Under the pieces are notes generated by a model. It ran no database searches. It saw only the letters and a program-made list of their open reading frames with translations, and had not been told where the DNA came from. Shown in pieces: positions 1 to 17,896 of a DNA stretch of 64,000 nucleotides (its first letter is position 1; each line of letters opens with the position of its first letter). This DNA comes from the human T2T-CHM13v2.0 reference genome, Homo sapiens, in the NCBI RefSeq assembly GCF_009914755.1, contig NC_060941.1. One strand, given 5' to 3'. The position numbers and the translations under genes were made by a program.

Positions 1-137
1 ATGTAAATAATGGGGTTCAGACAGTATTCATGCTACAGTTGAAAAGAGGGCAAGGTGTGGGACAGTCATTGGGATGGGGTAGGCATTCTAGGCAGAGTCT
101 GACTCCAGGGGCTGTGGTGGTCAAGACCAGGACTTAC

Positions 138-213
138 ATGGGGAGGCAGATGCAGGAGCGCAGAGGGCAGTAGCAATGAGGATGACAGCGAGGGCTGCCG
201 CGGAGACCTTCAT
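138..213 (-). CDS. CCL5: CCL5 (RANTES) coding exon 1, signal peptide; the rest of the gene lies left of the window
   Basis: The reverse complement reads ATG AAG GTC TCC GCG GCA GCC... = [25 protein letters not shown] plus 1 nt (76 nt), followed by a GTAAGT donor at 137. Matches the recalled CCL5 precursor. Confidence 0.98.
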
Positions 214-281
214 GGTACCTGTGGGAGAGGCTGTGCGAGGTCCACGTGCTGTCTTGATCCTCTGCAGGAATCCTCTGCAGC
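214..281 (-). other. CCL5: CCL5 5' UTR (conventional +1 near 281)
   Basis: 68 nt GCTGCAGAGGATTCC...CAGGTACC upstream of the ATG. With +1 at 281, the -28 and -403 positions fall on the expected bases. Confidence 0.85.
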
Positions 282-293
282 TCAGGCTGGCCC

Positions 294-690
294 TTTATAG
301 GGCCAGTTGAGGGGCATCCCCTAAGGGGAGTTTCCAAAATAGCAACCAAGCATTGGCCGGTATCATAAGTGAAATTGCACAAAACGGAAAAGAAAACTGA
401 AATAGCCTCCGGAAATTCGAGTCTCTGTCTCTCCCTCACTGCTCTCTCATCTAGAGTGAGCTCATCAGTTTCCTCTTTGACCAAGCACCAATGGTGGAAA
501 AATTTCTCTGCTGACATCCTTAGTTTTACCTTCCAGGGAAGGGGTCCTCCTCAGAGAGCAGGAAGCCGCTTTCTTGGGGACAACAAGGAGTGGCAGTTAG
601 GACAGGATCAGAAGTCACTGAGTCTTTATTACTCACTGAGTCACTGAGTCTTCAAAGTTCCTGCTTATTCATTACAGATCTTACCTCCTT
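294..690 (-). promoter_or_regulatory. CCL5: CCL5 proximal promoter
   Basis: TATAAA 294-299; tandem NF-kB sites GGGATGCCCC 311-320 and GGAAACTCCCC 325-335; CCAAT 352-356; C/EBP TTGTGCAAT 374-382; ISRE TTTCAGTTTTCTTTTCC 386-402; CRE-like TGAGCTCA 457-464; AP-1 TGAGTCA 637-643. Confidence 0.93.
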
Positions 691-1575
691 TCCCTCATCC
701 ATGGAAGGATGTTATTTATAAAGTGTTTTATTGAGGAGGGTCCTCTGGATATACAGTCCCCAAAGGAGGTGAGCACACTCACACTGTAAATTGAGGCAGT
801 TGATCTGAGCTGGGCATTGGGAACCTTTTCACAAGATATGAGTTGGAATGAGTCCTCTTGTGGGAATTTCTTGCTTTCATCCTGGTCATAGGGTCTCTCC
901 CATTTACTTGCTAAGCGACCTTTGGGAAAAGTGCTTAATGTCTTTGAGTTCTATTTCCTTGTTTATAAAGTGGAATAATTGATTAGAGACTTGTTGAGAA
1001 GCAGAGGGAGAGAAAGATATCTTACAGCATACTCTATCATTATTGGCTACCATTTACCGAGGGCTTATCTGTGCCAGCCACTATTCCACTGTCTTAGCGC
1101 GTGTCAACTCATTTACTATTATTATCCCCATTTTATGAATGAGGAAACTCAATAAATACTGGGATCCCATCTCACTGTAAGGCCTTCTTGGGCACAAAAG
1201 TTACAGAATATGAAAGCTTCAAAGGACTTTAGGGATCATTTTTTCCATGTTCTTCAGTTGCACAAGAGGAAACCAAGGCCCAGTGAGCAGGAGTGACTTG
1301 CTAAGAACACACAGCAAATGAATGACAGAGTTGGGATCAGAACCCAGTTGCCCTCACTCCCACTTCAGTGCTCTGTCCATTAAGTACTGCCCAACATTAA
1401 AGGGTTCGTGGTTAGGAGTATCCTCAAAACTGAACCCATGTGGAACTTCTGGATTAGAGCTAGGGTCCTTACTGCATTCCAAAGAACTGGATACAGTAAG
1501 TCTTCATCAATTCCTATTTTAGTAGTTCAGAATTAGCAACAATTTGGTCCGGGCTAGGCTGAAATTGGCATCTGA

Positions 1576-1884
<309 letters not shown>

Positions 1885-1933
1885 GGCATCTGAATTATTT
1901 AAGAGAAAAGTGTTTATTGAGAGTGACAAAAGC

Positions 1934-2295
<362 letters not shown>

Positions 2296-2570
2296 CTACT
2301 CTCACACTTGTAACATGGTGGTTGACGGTGACTAAATCACCCAGAATGGGAAGACTTTGCCACATTTCTTCCTCACGATGACTTTGAGGCAGAGTGGTTG
2401 TTCTTCTCATTTGACCAAAGAGGAAAGTAAGCCTCAGAACAGATAATTAACATCTTCAAGATCACGCAGCTGATAAGTGGGATTTGAAGGCAGGTGTTTC
2501 TGATGACCATGCTCAAGCTCTGTCCAGTGAATCACATCAGTAAGTCAGTTAACAGTTATCAAGACCTTTC

Positions 2571-3204
<634 letters not shown>

Positions 3205-3746
3205 TTGTTCCAAGCTCTTTACAACAATCCTCTCATACCCTCCTTACAGCTCAATCAATTAACAATGGAAACGTAATTTTGGAAAGTATGGCCATCTCAT
3301 TTAAAGAAACAAATTGCAAGCACTTTAGAAACATTCATCCAACCACACAAAAATGTTCTACCAATTGTTTCCTTCACAAAGCCCCGTTAGGTCTAAGGTA
3401 AGTTACCAAACATGTGAGAGGTTCTGGAAAAGGCGGTGGGTTAAGAGCAGGGACTCGGCAGTTTCTCCTGTTTATTGTCCAGGTGGCCTCAGGTAAATTA
3501 TTAATAATCTCTCTGGTCTCAGTTTCCTTACCTATAAATCAGTGATAATAATAATAATAGTTCCTCACACAACTATCGAGACAATTAAGTCCCTATAAAT
3601 GTTCTCATGCTTGCAAAGCTCTTAGTGCAACGTCTGACGCATGTTAAGTACTTAATAACATTGCCTATTATTATCATGTTATCATTAAGAGTAAGATGTC
3701 AGTGCCTTTAAGGATATTCTGTAATTTATGCTTTTCAACAGTCTAA

Positions 3747-4219
<473 letters not shown>

Positions 4220-4549
4220 TCATAAAACTATTACCAAGGCTCAGTTTTCTTCTGTGAGCTCAATTTCTGTTTTCTTTCCTTGATTTCAGTTTCCCTCTTT
4301 AAGGAAGAAAGGAAAGTGTTTTCCTGGATACTAGATATGCTGAGTTGGGACAGGAGCTAAGGATAGAGGTGAGGAAACCCGCAGACAACAGCGACATGCT
4401 CCTCATCTTTGAGTCCCAGCGAACCTTTCCACTGTGTGTGTGTGTACGTATATCTGTGTATAAGTGGTGGTGGGACAGAGGTTGGGTGGGTAGGATGGTG
4501 GGATGTTGGGATTGCTGAGTGGGAATAGGCAGTGGGAATGTCAAAAGTA

Positions 4550-5317
<768 letters not shown>

Positions 5318-5999
5318 TGATTCCATAAGCAAATTAGAGAGCCCATGTAAACAGTATGGTGCCTGGTACAGGGTGGGTGTTCAATGAATGGCAACTATCA
5401 TTATTATTCACCCAGCACATTATGTTCCTGAAAACCAGGAACTGCTTCCTGTCTGACCCACTGCAGTGGTGGAGAGGATCAAGGGAAATAATGATCATGG
5501 ATGTGCTTAGGAGACGTAAGGTGAGATACACCATCATGGAGCTGTCTCTGCTCTCCCTGTCCCTTCAGTGTGCATGGTCCATACCACTCAGTCATTCCTT
5601 ACCCACTCTACAGATTTTACTAAGAATTGCTGTGAGCTGGGCACCCTTCTACGCTCTGCAGACACCATGGCTAGTAAGACAGGCAAAGACCTGCCATCTG
5701 GAGCTTGTTTGGATATAGGGTAGGGGGACGGGGAGAAGGGAGATAAACAATAAACAAGTAAATTTACACTCTTTTATTGTGAATCATCCTTTCACTGGTC
5801 TTGTCTTAACTCCATGAACACAGCGACAGTGTCCTATGTGTTTTCTATTTATTTGTATTCTCTGCCTACTTTCCAATAAATGTCTTAGATAAGCTGCTAT
5901 ATCAATGCAGATTAAGTCATACTAACTTCTTGTAGCATCTTAATTAAATGGGCTCTCTGGAGTCAGACTTCTAGGTTCAAAATCCAGCTTCATGACTTA

Positions 6000-7050
<1,051 letters not shown>

Positions 7051-7175
7051 GCTGTGATTAATGATGACTTTCAACAAGTTGCTTACTTTCTCTGGGCCTA
7101 AATTTCTTTGTCTGTAAAGTAAGATATTGGACCTAACCTGTCTGGGGCAATTGAGCCATTAAAGAATCTGATGAG

Positions 7176-8701
<1,526 letters not shown>

Positions 8702-8785
8702 ATTTGGCTGATCTAGCTGGCTAGGCCTGTGTCCCCTTCTCTCTTTACCGTTCCATGTGCGTCCCTCCTAAAGCTGCGCACTTGG

Positions 8786-9521
8786 TTTAACCACCCAACG
8801 GGTTCTTCTTGCCCGCTGCCCAGATACAGCAAGTTTATCAAGACACAGGAATTGCAATAGACAAAGAGTTTGATACAAGTAGAGCCAGCTAAACAGGAGA
8901 CAGGGGTTTTATTATTACTCAAATCAGCCTCCCTGAAAATTTGGAGGCTAGGGTTTTTTAAAGGTAGTTTGGCGGGCAGGGGGCTCGGGAAGCGGGAATG
9001 CTGATTGGTTGGGTCGGGGATGAAATCATAAGGAGTTGAAGCTATCCTCTTGCACTGAGTTGGTTCCTGGGTGGGGGCCAGAAGACCAGATGAGCCAGTT
9101 TACTGGTCTGGGTGGTGCCAGCTGATCCATCAGAAGGCAGGGTCTGAAAAATACCTCAAACACCCATGTTAGGTTTTACAATAATAATATTATCTACAGG
9201 AGCAATTGGGGAGGTTCATGATCTCGAGGCCTTTGGCTGCATGACTCCTGAGCCGTCATTTCTAATCTTGTGGCCAATGTGTTAGTTTTACAAAGGCTTT
9301 CTGGTCCCCAGGCAAGGAGTGGGTTGGTCTCAGGGAGGGGCTGTTATCATCTTTGTTTCAAAGTTAAACTATAAACTAAATCCTCCCAAAGTTAGTGCTC
9401 CCTATGCCCAGGAATGAACAAGGGCAGCTGGGAGGTTAGAAGCAAGATGGAGTCAATTAGGTCAGATTTCTTTCACTGTCATAATTTTCTCACTGCTATA
9501 ATTTTTGCAAAGGTAGTTTCA
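8786..9521 (-). mobile_element. LTR8-family solo LTR inserted in the 7SK copy
   Basis: The minus strand starts TGAAACTACCTTTGCAAAAATTAT, like LTR8; homologous to 51319-52803. Confidence 0.85.
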
Positions 9522-10604
9522 GAAGAGGACAACCTTCCCCAATAGAGGAGGACTGTTCTTTGGTCAAGGGTATACGAGTAGCTGCGCTCCCCTGCTAGAA
9601 CCTCCAAACAAGCTCTCAAGGTCCATTTGTAGGAGAATGTAGGGTAGTCAAACTTCCAAGACTCCAGACACATCCAAATGAGGTGTTGCATGCGGCAGTG
9701 TGCCTTTCTTAAAAAAAAAAAAATAATAATCTCATGAAAGCTGTGAACACTTCCACCAATCTGTAGAGACCTACACAGACAGACACATGTAATTTTGCAT
9801 GTAAGGAGTTCATAGACCCTGCAGGCTCACTGATGGGCCTCTTGATCCACAGGGCTTGTTCCTATCAGCTTTCACGCCTCTGGCACCCCTTTTCCTAGCA
9901 TAATCCTCTAAAGCCAGGCCCATATCCCCTCCAGCCTAGTGTAGCCCCTCTCCTCCCCTCCCTTCCTGGCACAGTCTTTTTTTTTTTTTTTCCCCATCAT
10001 TCACTCTTTTCCAAAGCTAAGCTGGCTGCTAGCCAAGGCTCACATTGTGATGTTAGGAAACCAAATGCAGGCAGAGAAAATGAAACCTTACTCCATCTGG
10101 ATTCCAAAGCTTTTATCTGACATGGAGTTCCCCTCCTGACTTCAGACTGTGGGCAGCAGCTCTGGCTGTTCCAGTGCTCTTAAAAACATGCCCAAAGCAG
10201 GGACATTCCCCCCATCCTCTAGAAATCTGGGATCCCAAGAGAAGCCTGAGGCAAAGTCATTTCCTCCTGATGAAACTTAATTTTCCCCATCTGCAAATTG
10301 GAGGTTACTTCCTGGTTGTTTCTCTCCTTCTTTGCCCCTGTTCACAAGTCTAAATATTCCCCACCTGAGACTGGAAGCTATCTCACTCTTTGTTTCTGAA
10401 GGACCCTGCATGGGGTAGGTGCTTCATTGGTGCTGGTTGGAGGATCTGCCAGAGGCAATAGGGTGCAAGCCAAGACCTTGTAGCAGGCTCAGGGGACTTC
10501 CCAGGAGGAGGCAGAATTTGAACCCAAGACTCTACAACATCCTGGCCTCGATTTTTGGTCCAGCTCTGGTTGGTTCTTTCTGTGTTATTCTGTTCTGCTC
10601 CTCA

Positions 10605-10670
10605 ATTCCTCTCCCCTCCCCTCCCCCTCCTCTCCCCACCCCTTCCCCCACCCCCTCCCCCTCCCCTCTT
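10605..10670. repeat. C-rich low-complexity polypyrimidine tract
   Basis: About 65 nt of runs of C3-C5 separated by T or A. Confidence 0.8.
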
Positions 10671-11284
10671 CTGTCACCTTGCACTGTGCACTTTAATGCA
10701 CATTGCACTATGTCAAGGTACTAACTTTGACAACTGCTCTCATAATTCCAACCACATTCAGGCTGAGGGTTGCAGCTTGGCTCCCCCTCACTCTTCTCAC
10801 CTTCACCACACAGGACATTGGCTGTGCACAGCCACTTGTTTATTGCAGCTGGAGACCACATGCGGTGTGTTTGTTGATCAGAGCAGCGCTCACCTGCCTC
10901 TGGTTACTGGAGGAGCCTGTCACAAGATATCTTGGGGGTGGGGTGACCACGGGAACAAGGCCCGTGGAGAAGCATCAGTTCTTCCAAAATGGCTGGGTGC
11001 CAGATGACTTCAGACTGTCCTTCTCCTGATACCTTGGGGTCTGTTTTTGTTGTTGTTGTTGTTTTCCTCTGCATGTTGGTGGCTGGTGGCTTCCCCTCTA
11101 TTGGTGTATACCCCCTCATGAAGTACTCTTCAAGAACTCTTATTGCTGGAGCACTGCTGTCCCCTGCACACCCCACCCCTGCCCTTGGCCCCACTGCCTC
11201 CAGGCCCCAGGAGAAAGCCTGGTAAAGCAGGACAAACTTGGGGTTGAAATCAGATAGCGCATACTTTCTGTATGTCGTTTTTTG

Positions 11285-11872
11285 TTTGATTTTTCTTTAG
11301 AGATGTTGCCCAGGTGGGAATGCAGTAGCTGATCATTGCTTACTGTAACCTCAAACTCTTGTGCTCAAGCAATCCTCCCGCCTTGGCCTGCTGTGTAGCT
11401 GGGACTACAGGTGCATGCCACCATGCCTAGCTATTTTTTTAAAAAAATGTTTTCTATTGAATGTGGCTTTTGTGGCAGAATTTTTTTTTTTTCCCTAAAG
11501 AGGGGATCTCACTATGTTGCCTAGGCTGGTCTCAAACTCCTAGCTTCACGTGATCCTCTCACTTTGGCCTCCCAAAGTGCTGGGATTACAGGTGTGAGCC
11601 ACCACATCCAACCCTTTCTGTATGACTTTTTTTTTTTTTTTTTAGATGGAGTCTCACTCTGTTGCCCAGGCTGGAGTGCAGTGGCACGATCTTGGCTTAC
11701 TGCAACTTCCGCCTCCCAGATTCAAGTGATTTCTGGCTAATTTTTGTATTTTTAGTCGAGACAGCATTTCGCCTTGTTGGCCAGGCTGGTCTTGAACTCC
11801 TGACCTCAAGTGATCTGCCCGCCTTGGCCTCCCAAAGTGCTAGGATTACAGGCGTGAGCCACCATGCCTGGC
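11285..11872 (-). mobile_element. AluJ (11285-11612) plus an internally deleted AluS (11626-11872)
   Basis: Two antisense Alus; the second lacks the segment between CAAGTGATT and CTGGCTAATTTT. Confidence 0.85.
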
Positions 11873-13286
11873 ACTTTTCCATATGTCTTTGAACAAATTA
11901 TTAACTCTTTTTCACCTTGGTTTGCTTTCTGGAAATGGGGCTGAGAATACCTAACTCCTAGGATACGTCAAAGGATTAAATGAGGCAATCAGTAAATTGC
12001 CCAACACCATTTCTGGCACAAAGTAGATACTTGGAAAACAATTCCTTCCCTTTCTTTCCCCAAATGTCAAGGTGCCAGCATTTCTTCCCTCAATGGCTTC
12101 CCCTCCCAGTAGAGATGTTCATCTCACCGAGAGTTAGAAGGCATGGCGGTGGGGGAGGGGAAGTTGGGGATTTTCTGTGAGCTGTCAGGCACCGTGCTAG
12201 ACACTACACATTATTTCACTTATTAGGAAGAAACACACAGAAAATGGTGATGACTCAGACCTGCCCTGAGCTCTCCTGCCCTCAATGCAGTGGGCTACAG
12301 ACACTCAGCCCCATGCTCTGTCCTTCACTGGATTTCTGTCTCTCAGAGCCTGGCCACGGAGGGGGATGTGATCCTTCTCCCTTCTGGCTGTCCTTGCAGG
12401 CTAGCCCACATACCCCTTTTCAAAGAGTTTCACAGAGAGGCTTAGGAAGGAAGCCTTAGAAAGGAAGTGACAAAGTTTCAGAATCTTACAGGATTCTGTA
12501 GTTGTAGTCTGGATCTGCTCTTTTTTAGCTTGTCCTGGGAAGCCCCTTGGCTTCTTGCCTATTACTTCCATTCTCAGGGACGGGGGTCCCAGTCCCCTGC
12601 TTCCCCACTATGCTGCTTGCCCTGCTTTCTAGTGTTCAGGTTAGAATATTAGGGCCCTTAGAACCTTCCTAGGCATTCATTGCATTTTTGAGGCTCTCCA
12701 GCTTGCATGAAAAAGTCCCCTTGGGGAATTTCCTCAAATTAGGGTTTGGAAATTCTGCACCGTAGTCATTCCTTCTAGTGTCAGCTTTGGGTGGTGAAAA
12801 GAGCAAGGAATGGGAATTAAGAGACCTAAGCTCTAGTCCCATTGTAGCTCCAAACCCACTTGTTACATTTTGGCAAACCACTTGCCCTTTGTAGGCCTAA
12901 GTTTCCTCATCTGTGAAATGAGGGTCTGACAATGTTATTTATTTCCCTCTTAGTTAAAAGATACAAAAGTAAAGGATTTCTAGTATACTAGAGTGAGATT
13001 TGGGGGTAAGTTTCCTGTTTGCTCCTAAAATCAGTTCACATTACTTCTCCTATGGGTAAGGCTGAGGGAGTAACATACCTTCTTTCCCTCGTATCCATCA
13101 AAGGCCTAGGACTCACTTTACCATTTAGCTCATGAACTTCTGTGAGCAGCACTGTCCTCCTCCGCTTACCCACTCATTCCTACCTTTTCACACATCCCTT
13201 CACTCCATCCTGTCCAGCACGCGTCTATTCATTCATCTATTCCTTCATATCTGCATCTTGTGTCTGTTAAAATTCTTTGTATTCAT

Positions 13287-13595
13287 GGCCAGGCACAGTG
13301 GCTCATGCCTGTTATCCCAGGACTTTTGGAGGCTGAGGTGAGAGGATCGCTTCAGAAGTTCAAAACCAGCCTGGGCAACATAGGGAGACCCTGTCTCTAC
13401 AAAAAATTTAAAAATTAACTGGGTATGGTGGCACACACCTGTGGTCCCAGCTACTTGGGAGGCTGAGGTAGAAGGATCACTTGGACCTGGGAGATTGAAG
13501 CTGCAGTGAGCCATGATCACACCACTGCACCCCAGCCTGGATGACAGAGTGAGACCCTGTCTCAGGAAAAACAAAAAAACAAAAAAACAAAAAAA
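13287..13595 (+). mobile_element. AluJ
   Basis: Diverged sense Alu with an A/AC-rich tail. Confidence 0.88.
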
Positions 13596-13648
13596 CACAC
13601 ACACACATTATTTGTTCATAAGTGGAGAAAACTTTTGTGGACTGGGAG

Positions 13649-14637
13649 TGTGGAAAAAACAGTCAACATGCATTTTTCCTGTTCTCTTACACCATAATAA
13701 TACAGAAGACTTCTGTGACAAAATATGTAGGGGTTTCTTCCCACACACCAAGTAAGCAATTAGTTCTGCAGTGGACACAGCCGGGTGTCCACCAGTTAAT
13801 TCAACTGTGACACCATCTACCTGGAAATAGCCTCAGAAACCACAGGTTGAGGAATCAGTTCCACAGAACTGCTCCCTCCTTCCCACCAGTCACGAGTCTG
13901 GGCTTCCAGAATGTCTGACCAGCTGGCTTCAAGTTGGGGTTACCATGACCCACCCTCTTCGGGGTTGATTAATTTGCTGGAGGAGCTCACGGAACTCATG
14001 GAAGCACTTACTTACATTTAAAAAGGATGCAAATAAATAGCCAGATGGAAAGATAACACAAGGCAAGATCTGGAGGAGCTTCCGTTCCTGTGGAGTTGGG
14101 GTGCACCACTCGCCCAGCGCGTGGATGAGTTCTCCTTCACTGTCCTGTCAGCCTCCATGCGTTCAGCTATCCGGAAGCTCTCTGAACCTTGTCTTCTTGG
14201 GCCTTTTATACACTCGTTGGATAAGCATGACTAAAGCATGGACAACCATGTCAAAATGTGATTGGGCAAAAAGGGTATGATTTAATACTAACAGACCGAG
14301 GGTGGAATCCATCAGGGCCTGTCTGCTCAGATTCTTTTCGGCCTTTCTGTGCAGCATTCCTTCCCTCCAGGGTATGGGGCAGGGCCCTCTCTGGAATGAG
14401 GGTCTTATGACCCACAATTAGATTAGAACCCTGCCTTGGGCAGGTGAAAGGAGGGCAGGAGAGGTCAGAGAGAGAGAAATTCTGCTTCCTGAGGCCTGTT
14501 TCTAAGGCCTAAAGTGTCCCAACATTATAACAGATGACTGTAAAAGGGCTATGGGAGTTATAGGCCAGGAACTGTGGATGAAAACTTATATACATATAAT
14601 TATAGATATATATACACACACACACAATTATATCACA
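13649..14637 (-). mobile_element. MER21-family LTR
   Basis: About 1 kb with TG...CA ends and MER21-like motifs (gacaccatctacctgga, ccacaggttgagg, gggtcttatgacccacaat). Confidence 0.75.
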
Positions 14638-14802
14638 CTAACTTAATCAGGAAAGTAATGTATTGGGGGTAATGTTGAGTAGCTCATAGAATGGGTAGGA
14701 TATTGGAGAACTTGGCTTGGAAAAATGACAAGTGAGAAACCAGAAACACTCTGTGTTTGTGGGCAGCAGGAACTACTTGGCAGTGCCATCAGGGTGCCAC
14801 TG

Positions 14803-15114
<312 letters not shown>

Positions 15115-16623
15115 AACCACTGTTGATATAGATGTATTCCAGTTAATTTTCCTATCCTCGTCTCACTCTACTAAGGATTCACAGTCCTAGGAGAGGGAGT
15201 ATGACCAGCTAATCTTGTGTCATTTGCTTGCTTCTTGGCTGGGAGAAGTTAGCGTCCCTGATATGTCGTACTGCTGAGACTGTATACCCTGGAAGGAAGA
15301 AGTAATTGCATAAAAAGATGTCAAGGTGATTTTGAAGGGGTAATGGATGCTAGTAGAAAAATAAAAGCAAAACAAGTAAACAAGTGAACCAATACTCAAC
15401 TCACCAGTCACCCACCCACCCACTCATCCATCCATTCATCTGTTCACCTATTCATTCATCCTGTCATCCATATATCATCCATTCTCTCAGCCAGTCAAGC
15501 AACACAATTTTATTGAGTACCCATCGTGTTCCAGAGGCCATGCCAGGCACTTAGATACAGTAAAATGACACCACTCAGAAACATCCCAAGAGTATCCTCA
15601 CAAAGGACGCAGCTATGAAGCTAAAAGATACAGAGAAAGGAATGCATATACGTCCATGTACTGGAGGGTTCAAAACAACATTGCTAGGGACATGGTGACT
15701 AATTCTGGATGTGGGCAGATAAGAGCTGATTTTTATGAACATCTCATACTGCCAGGAGATTGCTTAACATGGGGCAGAAATGGGACCAGGATTAAGCACC
15801 AGAAAACCTGGGTCGGCCTCTGGTCTCTGCTTCTCTAGAAAAGGCATATTTCCTTTTCCTTATCTGCTCAACAAGAAGAATGAATATAAGAATCCGTGTT
15901 TTGTCTAATTCAGAGAACTGTGGAGGTGAAATGAGTTAATGGATGTGAAGGCATTTTCCGATACAAAGAAAGATAATTATTTCACCACGGTGACTTCTGT
16001 TTCCTGAGTGGCTGGTAGCTCTGTGGCTAATGTGCTTTGACTTCTTTCACGCCCTCGCTGCCCGCTATCTGGTGGTAACTGTGCAGGGGTCTGTTGTGTT
16101 TCAGTTCCTTAGGCTGGTCGATGAATGTCCAGGGTCATCACTGCTACCTGCCTCAGAGAAGTGGACGCTTAAGGTCCTGTGGGCCCCAAGGAAGCTGGAA
16201 ATAGTAGCTGTGTGAGTGTGTATGTGTGGGACTGGGGCTGGTTTCTTGTATGTGGGAATGAAATAACCAGGGGAAGTTCTGAACCATGTGGTAGGCTCAA
16301 CTACTTTCAGCCCACAATAGGAAGGAGCTCCAACTTGTAGCCAAGCCAACACAGGAGACCACAGCTTGAGGTCAGAGGGTGAAGCATATACTGTCTAGAG
16401 GAATTAGCCCTGAACCTACAGCGTTCCAGGCCACAACCCTGAGTGAGGCAAGTCGGCTCTCTGAGCCCCAGTTTTCTCATGTGTGAAACGGGTGGCTTGC
16501 CTGTAGGAAACAGGCTGTTGGTGGTGCTGGCTCATCTTCTTCACTGGTCCTAGGATGAATTTCTGGGCCAGGCATGGGCCTGCCTGTTTACTTCTCAGCT
16601 AGTCTCTTCCGGCTTTTTCCTCA

Positions 16624-17283
<660 letters not shown>

Positions 17284-17552
17284 GTGCCTTTTATTATTGA
17301 TGGGCTATACATTGCTACATCCTCTATAAAGTTTGAAAAAATTTAAAAGTACATACTGTATTTAATAAGCACTAGTATTCCTACTTCTAGGAATTTATCT
17401 TACAGATGTAGTCACATATGTACAACTTGATCTATACAAAATATTCATGGTTTGTAATAGTGAAGATTGAAGTTTATCAATAAAGGACTAATGAAATAAT
17501 TCTGGCACTTCCATATAACAGAATGCCAGGCTGCTACTAAAAAAAATGAGGA

Positions 17553-17896
<344 letters not shown>

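Noticed and set aside
134-647. ORFs 134..517 (-) and 369..647 (+) over CCL5
   Set aside because: They are wrong-frame or antisense reads across the promoter and exon 1; the real CDS starts at 213.
10419-11225. Overlapping ORFs including a Pro-rich 150-aa ORF and MKYSSRTLIAGALL..., a possible chemokine-like leader
   Set aside because: The Pro run comes from the C-tract; there is no CC motif, recognisable homology or convincing exon structure.
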